Made by a program: the position numbers and the translations under genes
Assembly (NCBI GenBank): GCA_964508305.1
Contig: CAZDSX010000006.1
Coordinates: forward strand, 14,151 to 71,663
DNA from: an uncultured Bacteriovorax sp.
GTDB taxonomy: Bacteria > Bdellovibrionota > UBA1018
DNA: 57,513 nt
Direction of reading: 5' to 3'
Shown here: positions 8,889-24,166 of the stretch, piece by piece
How positions within the stretch are numbered: the first letter of the stretch is position 1
Layout of the letters: each line of letters starts with the position of its first letter
Notes under the pieces: generated by a model
What the model saw: the letters and a program-made list of their open reading frames with translations, nothing else
Told to the model about the DNA's origin: nothing
Database searches by the model: none

Positions 8889-9497
8889 TTAGAAGGTGTA
8901 ACCGATCGCCGAGGCCAGCTCCAGCTGGGCCGTGCTCACGGTGGCCTGACCAAAGACCCCGGGAATGGTGTACTCTGATGAGCTGGTCGAAAGGACCAGC
9001 CCGAGGCTCGACTCCAGGAAGATCGGCCCAGACCCCGGGTAGGCCTTAAGGAACACCCTGCCCGCCCCACTCCAGCGCAAGGCCGCACTGGCCTCGTCCC
9101 ATTTGGTATCCGCCCGATTGACCCCCAGAGAGAGCCTTGCCCCCGGGACCCAGGGCTGGCCTGGGCGGTTTGGGATGAGGTTATAATCCCCCTCAACGCC
9201 TGCGCCAATGACTGCCGAAAAGGAGGAAAGCGTGAGCGAAATGCTCGGACCAAGCTCAAAACTGCCCCAGTTGCGCCGATAAGCGACCGCCATTCCGGCG
9301 CTGTAGCTGCGCGGCGACTGCTCCTCGGTGCGGGTGGTGGTGAGGCCACTGAATTCGGTGAAAGTCGTTTTTTGGGATGCCGTCGAAACCAGAAGGCTTC
9401 CGCTCAGCACACGCTCACGCCCCGACACCGCCGGCGCAGCAAGGCCCTGGGCAGTCGAGAGAACGAATAAAACCGCTAAAATTGAAGGGATTTTCAT
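8889..9497 (-). CDS. small outer-membrane beta-barrel protein
   Basis: N-terminal signal peptide (MKIPSILAVLFVLSTAQGLA), alternating amphipathic beta strands, C-terminal IGYTF with terminal Phe (BAM signal). Confidence 0.75.
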   Translation of the reverse strand: MKIPSILAVLFVLSTAQGLAAPAVSGRERVLSGSLLVSTASQKTTFTEFSGLTTTRTEEQSPRSYSAGMAVAYRRNWGSFELGPSISLTLSSFSAVIGAGVEGDYNLIPNRPGQPWVPGARLSLGVNRADTKWDEASAALRWSGAGRVFLKAYPGSGPIFLESSLGLVLSTSSSEYTIPGVFGQATVSTAQLELASAIGYTF

Positions 9498-9507
9498 GAA
9501 GGAAAAG

Positions 9508-9597
9508 TGGCGGAGAGAGAGAGATTCGAACTCTCGAGGGGATTTCTCCCCTGCACCCTTAGCAAGGGTGTGCCTTCGACCACTCGGCCATCTCTCC
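9508..9597 (-). tRNA. tRNA-Ser(GCT)
   Basis: GGAGAGA/TCTCTCC acceptor stem, anticodon arm CACCC-TT GCT AA-GGGTG, long variable arm, GTTCGAATC T-loop, encoded CCA; 90 nt. Confidence 0.97.
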
Positions 9598-9617
9598 GCA
9601 CAAGGTCTGAGCCCCAG

Positions 9618-9646
9618 AACCTAGCAGTGGGTGCAGGGTTTTTCAA
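9618..9646 (-). promoter_or_regulatory. sigma70-type promoter for tRNA-Ser(GCT)
   Basis: TTGAAA (9646-9641)-N17-TAGGTT (9623-9618), about 20 nt upstream of the tRNA 5' end. Confidence 0.55.
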
Positions 9647-10554
9647 TCCACCCAAGCGTTATAGCGCGGCTTGGCCGGAGTATTCTTTCGCTCGGCAAAG
9701 TCCTTCTCGACCGGAAAGCCGGTGATCAGGCGCACCCCGGACTTGCTGCGCTGCGAGTAAACCAGAAGACGCCCCCCCTGCGCATCCCCGGGAAGCGCGA
9801 CGAAATCAGTCACCCACTCGATTTCCTCCCCACTGGAGAGAACCTGGGTCTCGGTATTTCTCGAAGCCACTTCTAGTTTAAGGCCTTTCAGGGCCTGGGT
9901 GACTCTGGGCTCAAGGCGAGGCTGCCACTGCTGCGCCCACTCCTCGGGGTGGTCGCGCAGGGCCACCTTCATCATGAGGTAGGTGACCTGCGAGAGAAGG
10001 GTGCTCTGCTCCCCGAGCAGGTAGGCGTTGGGGCCGAGCGTATCTCGCGGAAGCTTGAGTCCCCGCTCCAGCCGTCCGCTCACCCATCGGGCCCGCTTGT
10101 AGCCAAACGGCGTCTTGAGGTTGCTGAGAAGGTAGCCATAGGTGTGAATGACGCCGGCATGGATCACCGTCCTGCCCCGGACTGCGCGCCCCTCCACACC
10201 CATCCGCTGCGAAATGGACTCCAAAATGGGGGCGCGCACGATCTCGGCTTTCGCCCCCTCATCGAAATTCTGGCTCAAGCCCCAGGCATCCCGCATGGCC
10301 TGGTCTACACGGTCGCGCTCCAGGGAGATGGCAATTGCCTCCGGAAGCGCCTCTGCAAGTGCCGGCTGGCGCTCAAACTCACGCACCCAGTCGGCCCACG
10401 GACAATCCGAGTCGACCTCGCCGAGCTCTGCCCTGGGGCAGGAGCCCGGAATGGACTGGGGCTTGCGCACCAAAAGAGAAGGGGCGCAGCCCGTGGAAAT
10501 CACGAGCGCGCCCCAGATCACTGACATCAAAAAGCTGTGCTTACTTTTGAGCAT
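9643..10554 (-). CDS. hypothetical putative lipoprotein
   Basis: Hydrophobic N-terminus ending LVISTGC. Start uncertain (ATG 10554 or 10527). Contains HAGVIHTYGYLLS...TPFGYKRARW. Confidence 0.6.
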   Translation of the reverse strand: MLKSKHSFLMSVIWGALVISTGCAPSLLVRKPQSIPGSCPRAELGEVDSDCPWADWVREFERQPALAEALPEAIAISLERDRVDQAMRDAWGLSQNFDEGAKAEIVRAPILESISQRMGVEGRAVRGRTVIHAGVIHTYGYLLSNLKTPFGYKRARWVSGRLERGLKLPRDTLGPNAYLLGEQSTLLSQVTYLMMKVALRDHPEEWAQQWQPRLEPRVTQALKGLKLEVASRNTETQVLSSGEEIEWVTDFVALPGDAQGGRLLVYSQRSKSGVRLITGFPVEKDFAERKNTPAKPRYNAWVD

Positions 10555-11128
10555 TCCCTTCGACTTGTACGTCGATTTCAACCTCGTCGCCAACGACAAA
10601 ACCGCCCGTATCAAGCGCCTTGTTCCAGATCATCCCGAAGTCCTTGCGGTTGATCTTGGCCGACGCGCTGAATCCAACTTTTTCGTTGCCCCAGGGGTCC
10701 TTGCCGGCGCCCAGGTACTCCACATCAAAGGTGACCGGCTTGGTCACGCCGTGCATCGTGAAGTCACCCGAAAGCTTGAACTTGCCCTTTCCTGCCGCCT
10801 TCATCTCCTTGGTGTCGAACGTGAGGGTTGGAAACTTTTGGACATCAAAAAAATCTGCACCCTTGAGGTGCTCGTCGCGCTTGGCTTCGTTGGTGAAAAT
10901 CGAGTCTGCCTTGATGCTGAAGGAACCCTTGAGGCTCTTGGGGTTCTTTTCATCAAAGGTAAAGGTTCCCGAGAAGTCCTTGAAGCTTCCCGTGGCCTTG
11001 CTCATGAGGTGCTTGACCTTGAAGGTGGCCGCCGAGTGGGCCCCGTCGATAGCATAGTTTTTTTCGGTTCCCGCAGAGGCGGATGAGGCGGCGAGCAGCA
11101 GCCCGCCCAGTGCAATCAACTTATTCAT
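10541..11128 (-). CDS. yceI: YceI family periplasmic lipid/polyisoprenoid-binding protein
   Basis: Signal peptide; IDGAHS, FKVKHL, RDEHLKGADFFDVQKFP, LSGDFTMHGVTKPV, INRKDFG; GGAG SD before ATG 11128. Confidence 0.93.
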   Translation of the reverse strand: MNKLIALGGLLLAASSASAGTEKNYAIDGAHSAATFKVKHLMSKATGSFKDFSGTFTFDEKNPKSLKGSFSIKADSIFTNEAKRDEHLKGADFFDVQKFPTLTFDTKEMKAAGKGKFKLSGDFTMHGVTKPVTFDVEYLGAGKDPWGNEKVGFSASAKINRKDFGMIWNKALDTGGFVVGDEVEIDVQVEGNAQK

Positions 11129-11157
11129 CTTGAGTTCTCCATTTTTGGTTTCGATTA

Positions 11158-11185
11158 CTTTACTTGGAGTCCGGTCCAAGTAAAG
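11158..11185. promoter_or_regulatory. perfect 11-bp inverted repeat upstream of yceI, candidate operator
   Basis: CTTTACTTGGA-gtccgg-TCCAAGTAAAG, about 30 nt upstream of the yceI start. Confidence 0.55.
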
Positions 11186-11245
11186 ACCCGGGCCGGAAAC
11201 AAGCTGATGCATAAACGCAACAGTGGCTTGAACTGTTGTTTTTAT

Positions 11246-11980
11246 CTAGACACCCCAGACGCGCCACAGCAACAGCACGGCCACCGCAATGAGGGCGGGC
11301 CGGGCCACCCGCTCGGCCTGCCGGCTGGCGAGCCGGGCCCCAAGGACGGCCCCGAGAAGGGCGCCAGCGGCTACGGCCAGCCCCGCCCGAACATCAACGT
11401 GACCTGCGCTCCAATACCCCACCCCCGAAAAGAGTGCCGAGCAGGAGTTGGCGAGCTTTGCGGTGGCCAGGGCCGGAAGCAGCTCCAGGTGAGCTCCGTA
11501 GAGCAGGCCCAGCACCATGAAAGTGCCGCCCCCCGGGCCCCAGGCTCCATCATAAAAGCCAACCAGCCCCCCCGCGAGCAAGAGGCGCGCAATCGAGGCC
11601 GCCTCGGCGGGTGCAGCGACCGAGACACTCGAGCGAAGCCTTTTTCCAAAAAAAACGATGAACAGAATGATGGGTAGGGTCGCCGCCATGAGGTATCTGA
11701 ACGCCTCGCGGGGCAAGAGCGGCGTGGCCTGCGAGCCTGCGTAAGCCCCCACGGATATCGCCGCCGAGAAAACCAGGCCCGAGCGCCACTCTAGATGACC
11801 GCGACGCCAATAAACGACGAGTGCCGCGAATGCGGCCACGAACCCGGGAATCTTGTTGCTGCCGATGGCATGGGCGCCCGGCCCGATCTCGAGCATCAGG
11901 GTGGGAAGCGTGATCAGCCCCCCTCCTCCTGCAATTGAATCCATCAAGCCCGCCAGAAGGCCGGCCAAGATCAGCCACAT
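11246..11980 (-). CDS. TSUP (TauE/SafE) family sulfite exporter-like membrane protein
   Basis: GLMDSIAGGGGLITLP, AIGSNK, GFYDGAWGPGGGTF, ATAKLAN motifs. Confidence 0.92.
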   Translation of the reverse strand: MWLILAGLLAGLMDSIAGGGGLITLPTLMLEIGPGAHAIGSNKIPGFVAAFAALVVYWRRGHLEWRSGLVFSAAISVGAYAGSQATPLLPREAFRYLMAATLPIILFIVFFGKRLRSSVSVAAPAEAASIARLLLAGGLVGFYDGAWGPGGGTFMVLGLLYGAHLELLPALATAKLANSCSALFSGVGYWSAGHVDVRAGLAVAAGALLGAVLGARLASRQAERVARPALIAVAVLLLWRVWGV

Positions 11981-12094
11981 GGACGGATGGTGAAGGGAGG
12001 TTCTGCAGGTGTCTAGGACTTAGGCAGCCCTCGCCCGAAAACATCCCTGTTTTCATGCCGATCGCGCGGCACCCGGCTTGCTCTTCATCGGGCC

Positions 12095-12904
12095 ATGACA
12101 TCACCCCGCCTGGGCCTCGCCCTCGTGTTTGCAACCCTCGCCAGCTCCAGCTCCTTTGCTGGAGAATGCCGGATCAAGGCCCTGAGCATCACGAGTGATC
12201 TTCCGGGGTTTCCTGCCATCGATGTCGGACTCGTGGTCGATAAAAAAACCCTCCAGATCTCGCAGCTTGAGTTCAGCTCCCCGGCCGACAAAAAGGGCAA
12301 GGTGGCCCGGGTCTCAGGGGGCCTCGTCGAGGCGCTCTCCGGTGCCCTGAACGACAAGGCCACGGCTGAGCGGCTTTCCATCGAAATCGACAAGCCCATG
12401 GATCGCGTCGAGCGCATCCGCGCCCAGTTTGGGCAGGGGCAGTTTGATGTGGATGTGAACCCGGACTGGCTGCCCGTGATCAATGATGTGCTCAAGATCT
12501 CGGGCCGCTTTGACTCGAAAGCAGGTGCTTCGGTGACCATCGATGCACACCGTGGCTTCAATCCATTTGATTCCAGGGCCAAGATCCAGCTGTCGCTGGA
12601 GCGGCGCGGGCCCTCCTGCGAAGACTGGCGCTTCCATGTTGTCGACGGATCGCGCTCACGTCCGATCGCAGGGGTCATCCTCAAGGTCAACCGGATTGGA
12701 AACCTCCCCGTGGGCGTCGACGAGATTGCACCAGTGGACTTTGATCCTGCTCGGATCCAGCAGCTCATTGGCCTCGCCACGGAGCCGGCGGCCCACGGCG
12801 GTGATGTGCGGATCACGGCAGAGCGCGAGAAGCGCCCGGCATCCGCTGGCGAGTCCGCGCCTGAGGCTCACTCTTCAACATCCGCCTCGCATCGGGCCAT
12901 TTAA
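12095..12904 (+). CDS. hypothetical secreted protein
   Basis: Signal peptide ending SFA, beta-rich body with two Cys; no family recognised. Confidence 0.6.
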   Translation: MTSPRLGLALVFATLASSSSFAGECRIKALSITSDLPGFPAIDVGLVVDKKTLQISQLEFSSPADKKGKVARVSGGLVEALSGALNDKATAERLSIEIDKPMDRVERIRAQFGQGQFDVDVNPDWLPVINDVLKISGRFDSKAGASVTIDAHRGFNPFDSRAKIQLSLERRGPSCEDWRFHVVDGSRSRPIAGVILKVNRIGNLPVGVDEIAPVDFDPARIQQLIGLATEPAAHGGDVRITAEREKRPASAGESAPEAHSSTSASHRAI

Positions 12905-12912
12905 TTGCTCGA

Positions 12913-18769
<5,857 letters not shown>

Positions 18770-18823
18770 GGCCTGCGGGTTCTCCCTCCTCGCCGGCCAC
18801 CGAATGGCGACGCTAGCTGCGCC

Positions 18824-20335
18824 TTAGCGCGCAGCCGTCGCCTGGGGAGCCGACACCAGTGCTGCCCGCTTGGCGATCTCCATGACCGGCGCGGGCAGGA
18901 TCCCCATCCCAAGGACAAGGACCACCATCGCGGCCACCGACACGGCGGCCCCGAAAGAGTGCCCCGGTACCGCCGATCCGGACGCAGCCGGCTCGCGCAT
19001 GTACATGAAAACAAGCACCCTCAGGTAATAGTACACCGAAATGGCGCTGCAGAGCACCGCAATGACCGTGATCGAGATTTCTCCAGCCTGGACCGCCGAA
19101 GAGAGCATCAAATACTTGGCGGCAAACCCGGCAGTGGGCGGAATTCCGGCCATTGAAAACAAAAAGACCGACATCGCAAAAGCAAGCCACGGGTGACGCC
19201 TCGACAATCCCGCCAGGTCATGGAGGTTCGTGCCCATGTCCGACTTGCGCCCGATCACACCCAAGAGGGCAAACGCGCCGAGGTTGGTCAGCGTGTATGC
19301 CAGCAGGTACAGGAAGACTGGCCCATAACCCGAGCCTGAGCCGGGTCCCGCCAATAAACCAACCAGCAGGTAGCCCGTATGGGCGATCGACGAGTAGGCC
19401 AGCATGCGCTTGAGGTTGACCTGCGTCAACGCAATGACATTCCCCACCAGCATGGTGAGCGCGGCCACCCACCAGATCAGGTCATGAAGGTGGTTTTGAG
19501 CAAATCCGAGGTGGGTGATGACACGAACAAACGCCGCAAAGGAGGCGGCCTTGATTCCTGTGGTCATGAACCCGGTGACTGGAGTCGGTGCGCCCTCGTA
19601 GACATCGGGCATCCACATGTGGAAAGGGACCGCAGCCACCTTGAAGAGAAAACCAAACACCACGAGCGCCCCGCCGATGGTCAGGAGCAGCGAGCCGCCC
19701 GACTGTGCCGCGGTGAGAATTGAGCTGATGTTCAATGATCCGGTGGCTCCATAGAGAAGCGCGGTGCCATAGAGGAAGACAGCAGAGGCAGCAGAACCCA
19801 GCACGAAGTACTTCATCGCCGCTTCATTGCTGCGACGATCCGAGCGCCGGAACCCCACGAGCACATAAACGGCAAGGGACATGATCTCGAGCGCGATGAA
19901 GATCACCACGAGATCAAGCGCCGCACCCATCATCATCATCCCGAAGGCGGCAAACAGGAGCAGGATGTAATACTCGGGGTGCTGGAGATTTTCGCGATCC
20001 AGGTACTGGAAGGACGCGGTCACCGTGAAGAGCCCGGCGACGCAGCAAAGCAGGACAAAGAGCAGCGAAAAGCCGTCCACCAGCATCATTCGGTTGAAAA
20101 GCGAAACATCGCCGGCCCCAAGCTGCTGGACGGCGCTCACGGCGCCTCCCGCAAAACCGAGGCCAGAAATGAGCGAAACAGGCCACTTGGGCGAGTTTCG
20201 AAAAATCACCGCCGCCAGCATGGCGAGGATGGCTGCGCCCAGAACCCACGCCCATGGGCCGAGCGCCGCCAGCTGTTCAGGGGAGATGCTCAGGAGCTCC
20301 GGATTGATCGTCGTAATTGGGCTGTTGGTATTCAT
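18824..20335 (-). CDS. nuoN: NADH-quinone oxidoreductase subunit N
   Basis: IALEIMSL, FKVAAVPFHMWMPDVYEGAP, GIKAASF, KRMLAYSSIAH, GFAAKY; all key charged residues present. Confidence 0.97.
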   Translation of the reverse strand: MNTNSPITTINPELLSISPEQLAALGPWAWVLGAAILAMLAAVIFRNSPKWPVSLISGLGFAGGAVSAVQQLGAGDVSLFNRMMLVDGFSLLFVLLCCVAGLFTVTASFQYLDRENLQHPEYYILLLFAAFGMMMMGAALDLVVIFIALEIMSLAVYVLVGFRRSDRRSNEAAMKYFVLGSAASAVFLYGTALLYGATGSLNISSILTAAQSGGSLLLTIGGALVVFGFLFKVAAVPFHMWMPDVYEGAPTPVTGFMTTGIKAASFAAFVRVITHLGFAQNHLHDLIWWVAALTMLVGNVIALTQVNLKRMLAYSSIAHTGYLLVGLLAGPGSGSGYGPVFLYLLAYTLTNLGAFALLGVIGRKSDMGTNLHDLAGLSRRHPWLAFAMSVFLFSMAGIPPTAGFAAKYLMLSSAVQAGEISITVIAVLCSAISVYYYLRVLVFMYMREPAASGSAVPGHSFGAAVSVAAMVVLVLGMGILPAPVMEIAKRAALVSAPQATAAR

Positions 20336-20356
20336 GCTGAGCTCCTTGGCTTGGGC

Positions 20357-21910
20357 CTATTCCTTGTGCTCATCGGTGACGGCAGCCGTCTTGGTCGGGG
20401 CCTGGGCCGGGACCACTCGCTGCAGGAAGGCCGAGATCGAGGCCTCCATCTTGCCGAAGAAGAGGTTGGGCTGGACGCCCATCCAGATTGACGCGACGAG
20501 GAGGGGAACCAGTACAACCCCCTCACGGAAGGAAAGGTCCTTGAGACCTTCGTTCTCGGGATTCTTGAGCGGACCAAACATCACGCGCTGGTACATCCAG
20601 AGCATGTAAACGGCACCAAAAATGACGCCCGTTCCGGCCACGATTGCGGTCCACTGGCTTGCCTTCCAGGTCCCTAGAAGGATCATGAACTCACCGATGA
20701 AGCCGTTGGTTCCCGGAAGGGCGATGGACGAGAGGGTGATGATGAGGAACGCCACCGCAAAGAGCGGCATCACGCGCGTGATCCCTCCGAACTCTGAAAT
20801 CTCCCGGGTATGGCGGCGCTCATAGATCATGCCGACCAGGAGGAAGAGCCCGCCGGTGGAGACTCCGTGATTCAGCATCTGGTAGAGCGAGCCCGTCACA
20901 CCGACGGTATTCAGGGAGAAGAGCCCGAGTACCACGTAGCCCATGTGGCTCACCGAGGAGTAGGCCACGAGCTTCTTGATATCGGGCTGGACCATGGCAA
21001 CCCACGCACCGTAGACCACGGCAATCGCACCCAAAAGCAGGAAGGTTGGCTGAAACAGGACCACGGCCTGCGGAAAAAGCGGGAAGGCCAGGCGCAAGAA
21101 GCCATACCCGCCCATTTTTAGGAGGACTCCGGCCAGGATGACGGATCCGGCCGTGGGCGCCTGGACGTGGGCATCGGGCAGCCAGGTGTGGAGGGGGAAC
21201 AGTGGAACCTTGATGGCAAACGCCAGCGAGAAGGCGAGGAACATCAAGGACTGGGGTGAAAGCCAGCCTTCACCTGGAATCTTCAAGCGATACAGGTCAA
21301 CCAGCGAGGCCGAGTAGTTTCCAAACTGCTCTTTATGGAGCCAGCCCAGATAGAAGATCGCCACGAGCATGAGCAGCGACCCAACCATCGTGTAGATGAA
21401 GAACTTCATCGCCGCGTAAATACGATCCTTGCCGCCCCAGATGCCCACGAGCAGGTACATCGGGATGAGCATTGCTTCCCAGAACACGTAGAAAAGGAAT
21501 GCATCGAGGGCCACAAACGCCCCGAGCATGGCCGTCTCGAGCGCGAGAAGAAGGAAGTAATACTCCTTGGTGCGCTCCTCTACGGCAGTAAAGGAGCCGA
21601 GGACCACGATGGGCATCAGGAACGTGGTCAGCATGACCAGCCAGAGGCTGAGCCCATCAATTCCCACGCGGTAATCGACACCCAGCCCGGGAATCCACTG
21701 CGCAAGCTCCCCAAACTGAAACTCCGCCGTACCGGCCTGAAACCGCGAATACATCAGGAGCGAGATGCCAAAGGTCACGAGCGTTCCGAGCAGGGCCCAA
21801 ACCTGGGTCAGGCGGCCCTTTCCAGAGGATGGAAGCGCGAGGCCGATCATTGCCCAGACCAGTGGGACAAACGTCAGGATGGACAGGAGATGTTGATCAA
21901 ATGCTTCCAC
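20357..21910 (-). CDS. nuoM: NADH-quinone oxidoreductase subunit M
   Basis: FWEAMLIP, AIKVPLFPLHTWLPDAH, LLKMGGYG, LNHG, GFIGEF. Confidence 0.97.
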   Translation of the reverse strand: MEAFDQHLLSILTFVPLVWAMIGLALPSSGKGRLTQVWALLGTLVTFGISLLMYSRFQAGTAEFQFGELAQWIPGLGVDYRVGIDGLSLWLVMLTTFLMPIVVLGSFTAVEERTKEYYFLLLALETAMLGAFVALDAFLFYVFWEAMLIPMYLLVGIWGGKDRIYAAMKFFIYTMVGSLLMLVAIFYLGWLHKEQFGNYSASLVDLYRLKIPGEGWLSPQSLMFLAFSLAFAIKVPLFPLHTWLPDAHVQAPTAGSVILAGVLLKMGGYGFLRLAFPLFPQAVVLFQPTFLLLGAIAVVYGAWVAMVQPDIKKLVAYSSVSHMGYVVLGLFSLNTVGVTGSLYQMLNHGVSTGGLFLLVGMIYERRHTREISEFGGITRVMPLFAVAFLIITLSSIALPGTNGFIGEFMILLGTWKASQWTAIVAGTGVIFGAVYMLWMYQRVMFGPLKNPENEGLKDLSFREGVVLVPLLVASIWMGVQPNLFFGKMEASISAFLQRVVPAQAPTKTAAVTDEHKE

Positions 21911-23834
21911 GGATCAGATACCCCACAGAAAGAAGAAGGCCGAGCAAGGCCACGATGGCATAAACCTGGATGGAACCATTCTGGATCACTCGTGCCGCCT
22001 GTCCGCCCCAGACGCTTGCGCGCCCAAGACCATTCACGACACCGTCGATCACCAGGACATCAAAGCCCTTCCAGAGGGCCCGCGAAAAGGCGACCAGCGG
22101 GCGCACGAAAAGAGCTGAGTAGGCCTCGTCGACATACCACTTGTTCATCAATATCTTGTGTGCGCCCTCAAGCTTCGCACGCAGCGCGGTGGCACGAGCC
22201 AGATCGGAATAGAGTGATCGAGCAATGAAGATTCCACAGAGAGCACCCGCCACGCTGAGACCCATGAGCCACCACTCCATCTGGGGCTGAACGCCGGGGG
22301 CGGCAGCCGGGTGGTGGGAGATCACGGGATGAAGCCAGTGCTCCAGCCAGCTATGGTGGGGGATTCCCATGAGCCCGCCGACCGCACTCAGAATTGCGAG
22401 CACCCAGAGGGGCCCAGTCATCACCCAGGGCGACTCGTGCGCGTGGGACGCCTCGTGGGTTCTCGCCTTGCCGAGGAAGGTCACGATCCAGAGACGCGTC
22501 ATATAAAACGCCGTCATCACGGCCGTTGCCGCCCCGATCCCCCAAAGGACCTTGGAGCCGCGAGCTGAGGAGAAGCTCAACCACAGGATCTCGTCCTTCG
22601 AGAAGAAGCCAGAAAACGGGGGAAGGCCGCAGATCGCAAGCCAGGCAATCGTGAACACAAGGAAGGTCTGTGGCATCTTGCTGCGCAAACCACCCATCTT
22701 GAAGATGTCCTGTTCCTCGTGCATTCCGTGGATCACGCTGCCGGCGCCAAGGAACAGGAGCGCCTTGAAGAAGGCGTGCGTGATGACGTGGAACACCCCA
22801 GCCACGTAGCCTCCGACGCCGCAGGCAAGGAACATGTATCCCAGCTGCGAAACGGTAGAGTAGGCGAGGACCTTCTTGATGTCGCTCTGGGCGATTGCGA
22901 TGGTTGCGGCAAGGAATGCGGTGAATGCGCCCACGCCCGCCATCACGCCTGTGGCCATTGGGGCTGCGTCAAACAGGAAGTTCAGTCGTGCCACCAGGTA
23001 GACGCCGGATGTGACCATCGTGGCGGCGTGGATGAGGGCAGACACCGGGGTCGGCCCCGCCATGGCATCCGGGAGCCAAACATAGAGGGGGACCTGGGCG
23101 GACTTGCCCATGCATCCCACGAAGAGCATCAGCCCGATGAGCGAAAGCGTTTCAAACGTCACCCCCGCCGGCAGCACTCCCCCCGGGGTGTGCTGAAAGG
23201 CCGAGCGAATCTGGGAGAAGTCCAGGGTCTTGAAGGTCGAAAAGATCAGGAACATCCCGATCAAAAAGCCGAGGTCGCCGATACGATTCACGACGAAAGC
23301 CTTCTTGCCGGCCGAAGCCTTTTCGTCGTCGGCATACCAATACCCGATCAGGAGGTAGCTGCAGAGGCCCACGCCCTCCCACCCGAGGAACAGGATCGGA
23401 AGCGATGCGCCCATGACGAGCATGAGCATCGCGAAGCAAAACAGGTTCAGGTACGCGAAGAACTTTCCGGGGGTCTCATCATGTCCCATGTATCCGATCG
23501 AATAGACATGGATCAGGAAGCCAACCCCGCTGATCACCAGGGTGAAAAGTGAGGAAAGCACGTCCACCCGCAGGGTCATCGGCACATCGAGATCACCTGC
23601 ATGGATCCAGTTAAAAAGCGTCTGTTCGATCACCCGGGACTCTTCGCCCATGCCCTTGAGCTGCAGGAACGCCTTGAGGCTCACCACGAAAGAGCCCAGG
23701 ATGGCTGCGCTGGCAATCCCACCCGTCACTGCGGCGGGCGCGGACTTGCCGCCGGGCCTGGACTGCGAAAGAGCATACCAGAGGCCGTTGATGGCAAAAC
23801 CAAGCAGGGGAAAAAGAGGAATGAGTGCAAGCAT
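21897..23834 (-). CDS. nuoL: NADH-quinone oxidoreductase subunit L
   Basis: GWEGVG, NRIGD, GKSAQVPLYVWLPDAMAGPTPVSALIHAATMV, HAFFKALLFL, FFSKDEIL. Confidence 0.97.
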   Translation of the reverse strand: MLALIPLFPLLGFAINGLWYALSQSRPGGKSAPAAVTGGIASAAILGSFVVSLKAFLQLKGMGEESRVIEQTLFNWIHAGDLDVPMTLRVDVLSSLFTLVISGVGFLIHVYSIGYMGHDETPGKFFAYLNLFCFAMLMLVMGASLPILFLGWEGVGLCSYLLIGYWYADDEKASAGKKAFVVNRIGDLGFLIGMFLIFSTFKTLDFSQIRSAFQHTPGGVLPAGVTFETLSLIGLMLFVGCMGKSAQVPLYVWLPDAMAGPTPVSALIHAATMVTSGVYLVARLNFLFDAAPMATGVMAGVGAFTAFLAATIAIAQSDIKKVLAYSTVSQLGYMFLACGVGGYVAGVFHVITHAFFKALLFLGAGSVIHGMHEEQDIFKMGGLRSKMPQTFLVFTIAWLAICGLPPFSGFFSKDEILWLSFSSARGSKVLWGIGAATAVMTAFYMTRLWIVTFLGKARTHEASHAHESPWVMTGPLWVLAILSAVGGLMGIPHHSWLEHWLHPVISHHPAAAPGVQPQMEWWLMGLSVAGALCGIFIARSLYSDLARATALRAKLEGAHKILMNKWYVDEAYSALFVRPLVAFSRALWKGFDVLVIDGVVNGLGRASVWGGQAARVIQNGSIQVYAIVALLGLLLSVGYLIRGSI

Positions 23835-23851
23835 GGCTTATCTTCCCGGGA

Positions 23852-24166
23852 TCAATCCCTGAGCATCTGAATCTGGTCCGTGTCGACGGTCTTGAGGGTG
23901 CGATATAGGGCAATCACCAGCCCCAGCCCGACCGCGGACTCGGCGGCCGCAACCGTGATGATGAAAAAGACGGACATCTGGCCCGAAAGATCCGTCAGTC
24001 GGCTCGAGAACGTCACGAAGGTGAGGTTCACTGCGTTGAGCATGAGCTCAATGGACATCAGGATCACGATGATGTTGCGCCGAACGAGCAGGCCAAACAG
24101 ACCCACAAGAAAGATCGCGGAGCAAAAAGAGAGGATGACCCAGGGTTCAACGGCCGGCAGCGGCAT
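23852..24166 (-). CDS. nuoK: NADH-quinone oxidoreductase subunit K
   Basis: MSIELMLNAVNL and AAAESAVGL (both conserved Glu); AAGGAG SD before ATG 24166. Confidence 0.96.
   Translation of the reverse strand: MPLPAVEPWVILSFCSAIFLVGLFGLLVRRNIIVILMSIELMLNAVNLTFVTFSSRLTDLSGQMSVFFIITVAAAESAVGLGLVIALYRTLKTVDTDQIQMLRD

Noticed and set aside
7782-8978. 398-aa plus-strand ORF
   Set aside because: Antisense shadow of the coiled-coil gene; Leu-rich with no recognisable motifs.
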